Of a stretch of DNA of 64,000 bases, positions 49,001 through 59,712 are shown piece after piece. The stretch is from contig JAYWIR010000019.1 in assembly GCA_036172245.1 (NCBI GenBank), positions 2,232,001 through 2,296,000 of the forward strand. Direction: 5' to 3'. This stretch comes from Raillietiella orientalis (taxonomy: Eukaryota). Each line of letters starts with the position of its first letter. Positions within the stretch are counted from its first letter, which is position 1. The position numbers were made by a program, and so were the translations under genes. Below the pieces are notes generated by a model that saw only the letters and a program-made list of their open reading frames with translations, was not told the DNA's origin and did no database searches.

Positions 49001-52000
49001 CGAGTAAAGAAGAGACGTCCACCTGTAGGCATTTTCGTTACTCCTTTGTGATTCATGAACCCTAGGACGCTGGCAGAATCTACTCCTTAAAAACGAACTT
49101 TTAAATCTCACGGGAGCTAAGAAAGCCTGAGTAAAAAAATAAAAATAAAAATTTGTGAAATTTGCATGCACAACATTTAAATGGAAAGCATTTGGGAAAT
49201 CAACACGAAGGCAAAGTAACAGGTTTTTCACACGCCCTAGTGTGACCAACGAAAGGGAAACTTGAAAAGTACATTTCAGTAAAGCTCCATTGACTTTCGG
49301 AATCACGGGACAATCCTCTCACCCTATAATGGGTGAAGGCCACCAAAAGAAAATCCTAATGCTAACAAGACCAAAAATTAAAAAAACATATATATAAACT
49401 TTAAAAAGCAACAGAACCTTAAAAAGCTTGCCTCCCACACTCAGCAGCCTGTCATGGAAACGGAAGAGGAAATGGAAGAAGTGTTCATTTCCACCGCGAA
49501 CTGTAACAGCCAGTGGGCGTCTTTGTGAAAGTCCACTCCTCTTGCCAACGAACACGATGAACGATGAGTACAAAAAAAAACCAAGCATATATCCCGGAAA
49601 CATCAACCGATTTGAGAAGCGCCAGTGTTTACACAATCGAAATTTCACCACTTGATGGTGGAAAATAACAGTGGTGGCTTTCCTACGCAATCAATCAAAT
49701 GATTTACACAGTCGCACTCGGAAAAAATCTACGTAACAGCTAGAATCAACAGACACAGGGGATGTTGTGCTCACAAATTCCTCAATGCAAAAAGAAAATC
49801 AGTACTTTGGCGTGGCAAAACACGACGCAGATCTGAAGTGAACGGTGCCTTCCAATAACTCAAACCATGGCAGACCGGTTTTACACGTGCCAAAGATGCT
49901 GTCAGCAACCGAGGTAGAAAGTCAACCGGACTGCTGCTTCGAAAATAGGTCCGGAATGGTAAGCTGCTCTGTCTTAAAGAAAGACGTAAAAGTACTCATC
50001 CGAAAAAGAGCAGAATCGACGAAGCCGTTCCGGACCACGATGGCTATTCGAAAGACATGCCATTCCCATCGTACGCGTCTACAAAAACCAGTCGGATGCA
50101 TTTCCACCCATCTCCGCATTGGGGGTCTGCAAGAAGAATCCATTTGGGAGACAGAAGAGCCGAACTCAAACACAAAGATGACATTCGGGAGAATGGACAA
50201 TAACCGGTCTCTTAAAGGCAGGACACTAATTTTGGAAGAAAAAGAAAAAAAAAACAACGAAAGCATGGAATTCGTTGATGAATCCTAGATGGAAGAATTG
50301 AAGCGGGGCGCAGTTCAAATACTGCAATGGGAATTTACAGCCCGGACGCGATGCATGACTCCTGTCCCCGACTGAAACATAAACCGGAGGGCTTACTAGG
50401 TCATTGCACACTTCAGAGTGAGATTACTCTCCCGAGTGCGCGTAAGGCGATGCGTGCCTATCTATACATTGCAAATCTTTACAGTTAGCAACTGCAGACG
50501 ACCCAGCGCTCGAGAGAGAGTGAAAATACAAACTCGGAAGAGACAACAGGGAAACCAAATGGCAGTCAGAAATTCCGCCGATGAGATCACCATAGCACGT
50601 TTCGGGGAAAATCGAGCACAAACACGCACACGCCGAAAGTTACACCACCAAACCACGGAGGCTACCAAAACAAAGGTGGTTAGGCTCCTCCGAAATGTTA
50701 ACAGCGCCAGAAAGCACCAACTTGTACGGAAAAACAGTTGGTGGTGGAGCTGGTCTCCCAAAGCCGAGCCACCCTCGCACTGGAGGCGAAGGTTTTCACA
50801 TAAAACCAAGAAGCACGTTCGAAGACGAAAAACATTAGAAATTCCTTCTATTACTATCTAAATATTCAAATGGATTCACTTCAGACACCTGGAGACCATT
50901 CGGGAATGCTCTGTGAGGAAAGTGCCCAGTTTAGCAGATGCATGACCACGCCACAGTACACGAAACTTCCCTCTGGCTCCCTTCACGATGTAAATGGATC
51001 TCTCATCGTCGGAGGACGCAAACACGAGCGCGCGTTGCACTGGCTTATCGGGATCACCAGGGTTGAAACAGAGCAGTGTCAAAAACTGCAAGTTCATTTA
51101 ATGTCACAGAAAGAGAAAATAATCATAATAAAAAGAAAAGAAAGGTATGTTTCTAAGCGGTCGGAGGACCATGTTCCACGCAGAGATGAGAATTTCTTCC
51201 GTTTGGCGCCTTAACATATGGAACACGAACGAGCACTGAAAGTCCACGGGTCCACATTAATGATAAATGAGTCCGCAATCGGAGGACAAAGCATGGAAAG
51301 TTCTTTTTGCACAGTCCATTGCAATTGTGACGATCATTTCTCTTCCATGTACGGAAGTTATAATTACAGATTGCCACAGCGCATCGAACAGATGATCCCC
51401 GGTGACTTCGTTCCGATGGCTCATAAAACACGAACGAAAGCTGCCTGGCGTGGACGGATATGTCGAGCAGGTCACCAGCAGCGTGGTAAGGAATGGTAAG
51501 GGAAATGCGGGCTTTTGTTTGCACACCTCTCCGAGAAGAGCAGCACGCCAAGTCCACCACCACATATGGCTGCAGAACCGACGCACACTCATCGCGTTCA
51601 CCCAGACCGCACATCTTCGTTAACGGAGATGCAGGAAGAAGAAAAAAAAGGTCATCTGAAACCGATGCAGACGAGGGACGCTCGATCATCGAGAATATTC
51701 TTTCGCGGGCTCTTTAAAACCAAAGACTAAGAAAGCACGTGGACGGGGCAGGATCAATGAAGTGCTTGAATAAATTGCCGAATGTGATTAAAAGGGTTGC
51801 CTGTTTCCCGAATACATTTAGAGATTTCTTTATTGGAATTGCCATCCGTTTTTCAGATGAGGATTCGACAGATGTTTTTTTCAATAAAGGACACTGTGTA
51901 CTTGGAACACATCCTCTGCTGCAACAGGCAACAAGTGAACGTACACATCGACGTGAACGCATTTTTATCTTTTGAAGAACACTCTGAACACTCTCTTTTA

Positions 52001-55000
52001 AGCTGCACTCTCAAACAGAACAGTAAAATGATTGGCAGTCCAACCAATGTAACATAATAATATAAGGACGTGGGCATTCCATTTTGGAAACCATACGTTG
52101 AAGAAACAGCTGGCTTTCCTAAAACATCTGGACCGCCATGTTGCTAACCGTTCGTGTGTCGCAGAACGATGGGCAACTCGATAAATAAGTGTTCGCGATG
52201 AGTGCCAAGGCGATAACTGTGCAAAAGAACTCGGTCGAAACTGAGATCTTGAATCTCCACCACCGCTTGAAACTATCGGCTTCGGACGCTGGAGCGGCCT
52301 CCTCTGAGCGGTGCGTTCCCTCTCTTTCAGAACAGTCTTTTAGACCTCCTGCTTCGAACTTTGGAAGAAGCACATACTTCCTCATTTGTCCCGTTCTTTT
52401 TCATACCATCCATCACCATGATGCTTTTTAACGTTCGGTGTCACCGCGCTCTGTACTTACAGTTAGACGAAGGCCTGGATTCTATTGAACTAATGAATCT
52501 TATTACCGACTGTCCCTGTAGTGAGCACCGCCATCGGGTAATTAATACCCTCATTACCCGGCAGACACAGAAAGTGATTTCAAATAGGCAATTTCAAACA
52601 AAATGGGATTGAGAGAATGGAGTTAACCTGAATGAAAATCGGTGTCCTGTTTGCATTTTATAGTAACGCAGCACTCGTCAGCAAAAGGGTCATTCCTGTT
52701 TTCCCAGCAATTTGGATTAAGTTTTAGACTGCCACTATGGAAAAATCCTGGACGGCATTTATATTTCGACGTACAGGTCATCTGTCCATCAGGCATACAG
52801 GTACATTTCGATTTGCAGTTCTCTTGGTATATGTTGTTCCCGAGCGTATACACTTTTTCTTCGAACGTACATTTCACTGAAAAGTATTTTATTTTACACA
52901 AATTACTTTTGATGAGGAAAACAATTACTATAAAACAACAAGAATGGGTGAGGCACTATCCAATATCTATTTTATATCCGTTCCCTTAGGCTACTAGTGA
53001 CGAATCACTTCGTAGAAATACACACGCGTGCACATTATAAATAAATACCTCGGATGCTCACGAATGTACCCTCACGGATGAGTATCGAGGAAAATTCTTT
53101 GATTGCCTAACGCACGCGGCACAGAATTACCCGTAATTGGAGAATCAAAGAGGATATATCCTTTCGTAAGGAAGAACCGTTCGGCTAACGCATGTAACAC
53201 TCTTCTTCGGCCAGAAAGCAGGAAAACGGCTGATCCCTTTCCAACCGCCCACACCTCAGATGGGCTCCTCGCTCCCAGAAGAACCTCTCAACCATACGCT
53301 CTGATGACCTTTGTTTCTCTTAATAAACAACGAAAACACGGAATCATGGATTTTGATGCACGCACACACACACAGTCTTTTTCCTGATTGAATTGCTGCG
53401 TTTTGTTTAGCTCTGTCTTCGAGGGAAAAAAAAATAAATCTGAACATTTTCCGTTGTCTTCCCTCGCTTCCCTCTCTACTGGAAGCAATGAATTTGCTCC
53501 GGATCCTCATAATTACTGTTTCAAGGGCTAATATGCATTACCATGCGATGCAATTTCTTCCTTCCATGTTTACCGATGATAGGCCACGTACTGCAATTAG
53601 TTATCTCGAATGCTCTTTTACAGACACGGCACTTTTTTCTTCCAGCATCTGTGAATCATGTTGCACAGAACCGTCGGCTACTTCGTGGTCGATCACTCAT
53701 ACTTTGCATACATGAGAATCTTCGTAGGCCGTTCTTGCTCCCTTCGATGGTTACCAGCCACTCGCTATCCGACTTCAAATCAAATATTTTATGTTTCAGT
53801 CTCGTTCTACTGCCTATCCGCCTTTGGTTTGCTTTTGGTCTTTTGGACCATGGCATTGCAAAGCAATGGCTTCCAGACATCAGAAACGTGTTTAGACTAA
53901 CAGCCGGCTTTCTTCGGAAAAATTACCACTGTTTTCAGTTTTCTTGGTCGTTCAACGCTCCTATGTTTTCCTCCGACCTACAACCCTTTGTTTCCATAAT
54001 TGCTTTCTGCAGCCTGCTTCGCTCGTTTCTTGTCTGGCTGGCAGCAAAAATTCCAGCACTTACCAGGTTGGTCTTACGCTTTTGCCAGCAGCCCCACGCG
54101 TCTTTATGCGAGCTGAAGCTTAAAGGCGAATCCCCCGGGAAATGAGGTGAGGAAAAAAAAAACAAAAAGGCCCCCTATTTCAGAATAGAACTGTCCGGCT
54201 TGTATAACTTGACTATGGTTTCAGATTCGCAGGATCAAAGAGATTAGAATCTCTTCCAGACACATCCTAGGGCGCTGTTTAGATAACTCCATCAGCATGG
54301 TACTGCCCCCTTCATCATGAAATTACTAAACCGATTTTCTGATGACTCTCCTGAAGAAGATTCGCACATTGCAGCCCCGATGAGAGAATGTTAGGGCCTT
54401 CGTTCTCGTACGTGCCACGCGACTAAAAGCCGGGAAAAAAAGCCAGAGAAGCGCACATCGAAGGCAAACCACTCGTGGATTCAAAAGGGAGCGAGAGTAT
54501 TTGAAACGAGATTCCGTTAGGAAGTATGAATCCGTACGTACGCACTCGTGTTTTTTTTTTTTTTTTTTGGTGGGGGGGGGACACAAAATCTGCCTCGATT
54601 GCAGTTTCACCATCACCACCCAGTAGTTGTCAAGGGCGCGGACAGACCCACCTTCAGTGACTGAACACTGCAACAAACGACAAGAAAACACCGCGACATC
54701 CCTACACCAAAAGACTGGGGCTGAGGACTTTTCACTCTTTGAATTCATTGCCACCCATTTTTAACTGGCCAAATGCAAAAAGCACCTTGGACGGGGTAGT
54801 CAAAGAAGGGAACTGGCCGATTTTGAAGGAAAAAAAAACTCGACGACGACGACGAACTTTGTTCTTTTCAATCCAGTATTAAAAGTATAAAAAAAAAAAA
54901 AAACCTTCCCATCTGTAGCCGAATCTGGAAAGCCCGTTTCTTCTGAGCGTGCACCATGACCATCCGTGCACCATGCTTTATATACCCAGAAGAATGTCTT

Positions 55001-58000
55001 ATTTTTTGTATCCGTAAGAACAGCGCAAACGACGTGCAACCCTCTACAAGTGAAACCAAAGAGAAGCAATCAATGATGAACCGAGTTTTTCGAGTCGAAA
55101 CCACAATATCGCTGAAGATCACCACGAATCTCCTTTTCGAAGTGAATCCTAGAAACACACATACACCACAGAAGACATCACTAAAGGACGTATCACGTTA
55201 AAAAAAAAAAAAAGAAAAGAAAAACGCAGCAGTCTGATGAAGAAGCCACAAACTCAATCAGGAACATTTTGGAGGAAGTAATTCGAAAATCCAATCCCCG
55301 AGCTCTTTTTCACTTATCGAAAACCGAACGCCAAAAATCCTGTTCTCGTTTCGTCGGGGAAAATCGCGCTTTTTTGCATTCAAATACCTCACACAGGAAT
55401 TTAAACTGCTCACGCATGGCTTGCGAAACTCTTAGCCCAGATAGGCATCTCTAATGACCGTCTTCAGCAGTCTTGCAAACTTATCGAAGAGCATCAGCGA
55501 TGGGAACACAACGAAGGTATCCCACAAATAAGAGTGCAGGCAAGCACTTACGTTTCCATGAGGCGACCACACTGATCACACAAACTGATCTTCGCCAAAA
55601 AACTCTGCTTTTCATTTCAAAAACGTCTAATTTGTGTGCAGCCACTGCATGAACTCTCCATTGCGGGGGAGTAGGCGATAACTGTACCTGAGTGGGCATC
55701 CTAAAATTTGAAACGAAAACGTGTGCTGCAAGGGGCTTCACAGCTTGCAGCTCACCTGCCGAACGGATAATGAGGAAGGAAGAAGGACATAATGACCAGG
55801 GTCTAAAGACACGTGTGGATACCCAAAAGGCGCGCCATGTCTACTGTGAACCGCAGCAAAAGATGGAAACTCATCTCAGTCGGCTCAGACGCGGAGTCCA
55901 CAGCTTCCCTGCTGCGTTCGCGTGCAAGAACGAAACGCTGAGCTACACAGATCCGCAAGATAACCCTTACTTGGACGTCATTCTTCGTCTTTTCGCTGGC
56001 GCTTACACGTCGGTCTCAGTGTGAAGCTGCACACAGAAAAAGTACAGATGAAAATCTTCGACATGATGTAAATCCAAGAAAGAAAGAAAACAGTATCTGA
56101 TGATGACTATAGTTAATGAATTCTTATCGCCATCACGCAATCCTTTCGCCTATACCATGAAACGAGAAGCGTGAAACAAAGATGGAAGTCGAGACGAAAC
56201 ATTACGATGCTGATAACACTATAAAGTCGTAAGCATGAACACTTCTGAAAATGCAGCCGAATATATATCGATTACTCAGCAGCTACGCCTCACGAACGTT
56301 TAGCAAACAAACTGCCTACTAAAACCTAGGAAAAAGGTCTTCCTCGCCAGACTCCTAATGACATCCGATAGCACTAAATAATTAGTTTGTTTACGCCTGC
56401 GTGGGAAATGTCGATTTGTTTTCGGTTGCTGTTTGTGAGCACAACGATAAATGGAGTATGGAAATCGAGGAACGAAAGACAAGCCTGCTTCGAGCGTCCT
56501 GCTGGAGATCTTCCGCCAAGCGGTCCTCCTAATCGCACGCGCCCAGCAGCAGTGTGCGACTCGGCGCCCGTGTCGCCCCCACTCTGGCCTAAAAGCAAGC
56601 CAGTGCACTTTTGTGGAAATAATTAACCGCAGAGTGTATGATCACCGATCAAAATCAAATCTTCAGGAGGATTACCACATGGGAAAACCATTCCCTCGTG
56701 CGGTCAGGCGGTCCTCGCCGCGATGAGAGCACAGCATCCAGCATCCTTCGCAGAATGTGCGTCCCACTACACTCTTCGTCGCGTGGAACGTGCCTTCGCA
56801 CGTGGCTCGACCAAATTTTCCAAATTTACCAAAGCGATCGGCATTCATGTACTTCTTCCATCTCAAAAGGGGAGGGGTTTTCAACATTTCGCATCTCCGG
56901 TGCGTTCCTGACTTCCATCGCAACTCTGAAGCCAACTTCCACTTTCACTTCGAAGTGTATTAACCGGTCCCCTTTCAAGACGTTTTAAGACAGTTATGTT
57001 CTTCTTCCAGGACTGATTTGAAATGGACTTAGATAATGGATGTAATAACTAATGCGAAAACGGTCTTTTTCGAAATACTAATAGTTCGAGGACAATTTTG
57101 CAATCTCACTCACTATTACTTCAGATGCTTTTGAAACGAATTCACGAGAACAAGGAAAAGATGAAGAACGCTATACAAACAGAGAGAGTGTACTCGGTGT
57201 TTACCGGGGATAAATCGTAATCTGCTAGCAAAAAGAACCACATGCTTTTTTTTTTAAATAAAACAAAATAAAATCGACCCGACTAAAAAACGAAGCTTTT
57301 TAGCCGCGCGCACAGCACACGGCAGCACACGGTTTGTATTTGCAAACCGACTGAAACTCGTCGATTGCTCTGACAAGGGAGCCTCCCATGTTCACTCACT
57401 CTTTTTGCTTTCGAACAGACGATCCCATGGGAAAAAAACCCTCAAAAGCTCGTGAATGTCATCGGCTATTCGCCGACTTACCGCGAAACTTCTAATGCAC
57501 CAACGCGGAGGGAATTTAGCAGCAACTCACCCAAGGAATGCCGGCGTAAGAACCTCTCGTCTTATTCGGAATTCTCCTGGAGAAGCAGCCGCTGTTTCTC
57601 CAGGAAATTCAGACCCAGTGCTGGTCTTCCGCGCGCGATGGAACTGCGAATTGACATCCATTTCAGAAAGACGTCCAGGAATTAGCTCCGATTTCCCTTT
57701 TGATCCTCTACCCACCATTTCGTCAGCAATTATAATTACTTTCCACAATGGCAAGTCAACACGAAAGAAAAGACAAGACGTCAAACTAGGCGATGATCTA
57801 AAATGTCACGATTCTCCCGTATTCCCGGAGGAAACTGATACTGGGAAACAACCGTGACGAAAGACGAATCGCTCCGGAATGTGTTTCTTCAAGTCGCACT
57901 CACTCTCTGCTTCTGTTTCCTGGTAATGTTTCAAAGCTCTTCTAGCAGTGGTGTATCTTGACGCCTACCTCCTCCATATCTTCAAAGTTCGAAAAGCTGC

Positions 58001-58838
58001 TTATGTAAAATTAGCACTCTGATTTCATGAATCCAGATTGGTGAAGCACCAACGAGGATGCGGATAAGCTGGACAGAGCATGGAAAAGCACCCACCGCAT
58101 TCACATGGAACGCATTTGCAATACAGAATAATCAACACCATTAGGAAAACAATTTAACTTGGAACTGAAGCTTCTTCACCCTTTGGATGGAAGCTGAGAG
58201 CTGCTTGTTATTAAGGTGGGATGTGGCTCTCGGAGCTTTTGACCACAGAATAGAGTAATCAATGGATTTCTTCCATAACAGACCACACCAGTAGGCAGTA
58301 TGATTGCAGTTTTTTAAAAAAAAGAAAAAAGTCGCCAAAAATCACTGTTGAAAATCACTCGAATAACTTTGGAATGTTTGGACACTGAAGACGAAGAATT
58401 GTTCTGCTTTGGGCAAGGATTTATGAATACCAAAAGTCTTTGTCTTGGAGATGCGACTTCCAAAGTAAGAAGTCAGTTTTTGCAGAAACCATAGATATGC
58501 TGCAAACAAATCCTTCATTGAAAATTCACATTTCCAGCGCGATCTTCAGAGAGCGATATTTGCTATGCGAAACTGCCGAAACGTTGGCTGAACTCTGACT
58601 CCGACCAGAGAGACCTCCAAAACGGCCTCGAAATGAAAAATGGGATTTTGGAAAACAAATATGTGGTTTTCTCCCCCCATGCCTTCGTCCTCAAAGTCCA
58701 TGCACAGAAGAGATTTGGCAAATACGACACGTTCGAAAGACGGTTCTCTCGAAGGACACGTGCATAACTTGCAGAGAACCCAATCGACTTTTAAACCGGA
58801 TTCAAAAGAGCTCGAAACAAGAAAGCCAGAAAAACTAT

Positions 58839-58884
<46 letters not shown>

Positions 58885-59712
58885 TGCCAACCGTACAGCA
58901 AAGTTTGTTTCTATTTGCTTTCGTCTTTGTTTGCAGTTTTGATGCATTAGATGCCCCACGAATCCATGCAAAGCAATGGACAGATGGACCGCGCGTATGC
59001 AACGGAGGAAATGCTTAGGCAACGCAATGCTGCCAATCAAAATACCAAAAGTCGAAAAAAGCGAAAGATTATAAGAAAAAAAAAAATACATACGCTTATT
59101 GTATATATTTAAGTACATAATGAATACACATTGAATGAATATATAAATATCGAATTATAAAAAACAATAGTGACGATTAAGAACAGCGGAAAAAAAGTAA
59201 AAAAGCAAACGAATGACAACAAAAAAAATTTGACATATGAAAAACGTGTATCACAGGGATAGACTATGGGCAACTGCACAATACACATAATAAGCATGCA
59301 CATTTATTTTTCATGATCTGTCAAAATTTCGACCCGTTGCCAAATTGATTCTGTCCTGCCTGGAATGGTATGCATAAGAGTGCATGCATGCAACGCAACC
59401 GTAACGTCATAAAAAATTCTCGTTTTTATCCCAGAATGCACTCCAGAATGGAATCGTGGGATATTTACCCTTGTGAGTAGCAAAACGATAATCCTACATT
59501 GAGAAAAGCTTCTTTACCTGGTTCACAAGTTTCACGTGCCTTCGTGAAACCGTCTGGACATATACAAAGGGGTCGGTGGTGCTGCGTGACACAAACTCCG
59601 TTTTTCAAACTAGTGGTGCAAGGCTGCAAAATCCTACAGGGATCAGCACACAGATTTCCCAAACAAAATTCGCTATCCGTGCATTCGTCATCTGTCACGC
59701 ATTTCTGCTTAG
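22716..59712 (-). CDS. sas: Multi-exon gene (22 exons, 5'-partial) for a Sas-like epidermal cell-surface receptor: VWC/EGF/FN3 ectodomain, TM, NPxY tail
   Basis: Exons 59518-59712, 52628-52876, 46486-46935, 43517-43729, 43116-43427, 38223-38462, 35217-35369, 35052-35161, 34863-34986, 34279-34414, 33847-33986, 33538-33768, 32794-33153, 32192-32737, 25786-25912, 25552-25733, 25330-25499, 25096-25264, 24815-25040, 24647-24765, 24429-24592, 22716-22769. All are GT-AG, phases join, and there are no internal stops. VWC repeats followed by 3 membrane-proximal FN3, TM and NPxY is the known Sas architecture. Orthology is inferred, not searched. Confidence 0.8.
24429..24592 (-). CDS. sas: Exon, transmembrane helix and cytoplasmic NPxY motif
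   Basis: ttttcag|ATCGT...TACAAG|gtatag; YYVAFVIVVILATLLALVLVAVAG, then RMMYRRRR and HENPAYK. Confidence 0.9.
24647..24765 (-). CDS. sas: Exon, end of the last FN3 domain
   Basis: gtctag|GTACC...TCTG|gtgacc; phase 2-1; YQIWLEAFLTNGKVKQSNVLEVKTK. Confidence 0.85.
24815..25040 (-). CDS. sas: Exon, FN3 domain
   Basis: gttccag|ATCCT...ACCAA|gtgaga; phase 1-2; DPYNFEL...EVHWSGVPVPHKKYVHVF. Confidence 0.9.
25096..25264 (-). CDS. sas: Exon, second half of an FN3 domain
   Basis: cttcaag|ACGTG...GAAG|gtgctc; phase 0-1; PFIHRENTNYILQDLDPNTDYEVDI. Confidence 0.9.
25330..25499 (-). CDS. sas: Exon, first half of an FN3 domain
   Basis: ctgtcag|CTGTT...CAG|gtgcgg; phase 1-0; TTLPPKIII...VEITWRNF...IDGYQLRYR. 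Confidence 0.9.
25552..25733 (-). CDS. sas: Exon, second half of an FN3 domain
   Basis: Acceptor ggaaag|C chosen because it gives the required phase 2 (52-nt intron); donor TTAG|gtaaat; LTKLSPDTEYEIAVKV. Confidence 0.8.
25786..25912 (-). CDS. sas: Exon, first half of an FN3 domain (missed by the ORF track)
   Basis: tttccag|AGAGC...ATGAA|gtaagc; phase 1-2; ARALDEHSVLVSFTLPNVYVGFYGNVEVSY. Confidence 0.87.
26520..27640 (-). pseudogene. RFWD3: Decayed RFWD3-like WD40-region fragment inside a sas intron
   Basis: Collinear motifs over several frames: YTTRTVWIADW...ICAGLI[40-nt GT-AG remnant 27379-27418]N-GMPAVHDAR; NTCPVCGL; LIILCGHL...CVRW; PHVPPGAF...TRRHSLFRIR; SCIRLWK. The order matches my recollection of RFWD3 (VWSCCW..IYAGLANG..VYDVR..CPLVSL..GVLAGTL..PHVLP..RHCLVTYRP). 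Confidence 0.55.
32192..32737 (-). CDS. sas: Exon, two VWC domains
   Basis: ttttcag|CTCAA...ATAG|gtgagt; 546 nt, phase 1-1; CEAFCRC...PPMCCPRYIC and CERRCYCQYGDVKC...DECCKAWQC. Confidence 0.92.
32794..33153 (-). CDS. sas: Exon, divergent FN3-like domain
   Basis: ctcccaag|GCGCT...GATG|gtgcgg; 360 nt, phase 1-1; AINSTAVSIKL...IGDLKPQKQYFF. Confidence 0.87.
33538..33768 (-). CDS. sas: Exon, VWC-like domain
   Basis: gcgtag|ATTTA...GGAA|gtaagg; 231 nt, phase 1-1; CLHENKTY...GCDQICLC...DPNDPCCKVYHC. Confidence 0.87.
33847..33986 (-). CDS. sas: Exon, second half of a VWC domain
   Basis: gtgcag|GTGCC...TCAG|gtaagc; phase 2-1; CPPVQ...HCVTLEDLTDKCCSITICD. Confidence 0.9.
34279..34414 (-). CDS. sas: Exon, first half of a VWC domain
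   Basis: gttttag|GTGTC...CCAAG|gtgagt; phase 1-2; PFDGCLYNGVTYQKNETFYEGCERQCHCIGYGDVSCLPR. Confidence 0.9.
34863..34986 (-). CDS. sas: Exon, second half of a VWC domain
   Basis: tttgcag|CCTCG...GAAG|gtatct; phase 0-1; PRCDFPANSTTSDPECRVVPHPDDPCCSTVKC. Confidence 0.9.
35052..35161 (-). CDS. sas: Exon, first half of a VWC domain
   Basis: tttcag|ACAAC...CAG|gtgagc; phase 1-0; CHNRNQAYVPGEEFFDGCEYKCKC. Confidence 0.9.
35217..35369 (-). CDS. sas: Exon, EGF-like domain (missed by the ORF track)
   Basis: cttcag|ATCCT...AAAA|gtaagg; 153 nt, phase 1-1; DPCEITACGNNARC...CKCLKDFVGDPEDLVHGC. Confidence 0.88.
38223..38462 (-). CDS. sas: Exon, VWC-like domain
   Basis: atttcag|ATGGA...GCTG|gtaaga; 240 nt, phase 1-1; GCFENGTSYGIGEEIFLGCENRCNC...GCCVTLSC. 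Confidence 0.9.
43116..43427 (-). CDS. sas: Exon, FN3 domain
   Basis: tttccag|CTTCT...GAAG|gtaagg; 312 nt, phase 1-1; TLTLAWDD...YVIEYR...GLLPRTEYEVK. Confidence 0.9.
43517..43729 (-). CDS. sas: Exon, VWC-like domain
   Basis: tttacag|AGGGA...GAAG|gtaagc; 213 nt, phase 1-1; GCDEKCQC...CSERC...DPACCYVRTC. Confidence 0.9.
44709..44862 (+). mobile_element. Possible decayed non-LTR (LINE) reverse transcriptase trace
   Basis: KNFRSLS and GRKAEAVLLLDFSKS resemble NYRPISL and DAxxLDFSKAFD; spacing is shorter than expected. Confidence 0.3.
46003..46050. repeat. (AT)16 microsatellite followed by ACATAT units
   Basis: Read directly from the sequence. Confidence 0.9.
46486..46935 (-). CDS. sas: Exon, Ser-rich linker plus divergent FN3-like domain
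   Basis: ttttcag|AATTT...AACG|gtaaga; 450 nt, phase 1-1; LNVTHNSTTV...VTGLKPQTQYLVRW. Confidence 0.85.
52628..52876 (-). CDS. sas: Exon, VWC-like domain
   Basis: ttttcag|TGAAA...TCAG|gttaac; 249 nt, phase 1-1; CTFEEKVYTLG...CKSKCTC...DECCVTIKC. Confidence 0.85.
58837..58881. repeat. Interrupted (TA)n microsatellite
   Basis: Read directly from the sequence. Confidence 0.9.
59518..59712 (-). CDS. sas: Most 5' identified exon: Dumpy-type DPY + EGF-like module
   Basis: catttcag|CTAAG...CCAG|gtaaag; 195 nt, phase 1-1; KCVTDDECTDSEFCLGNLCADPC...CVTQHHRPLCICPDGF. Linkage to the downstream exons is inferred from strand and phase. Confidence 0.75.

Noticed and set aside
50020..50160. DEG/ENaC-like motif (FPPISALGVCKKNPF)
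   Set aside because: One loose motif; could be chance
51257..51601. Cys-loop receptor TM2-TM3-like fragment
   Set aside because: Similarity too diffuse to support without a search
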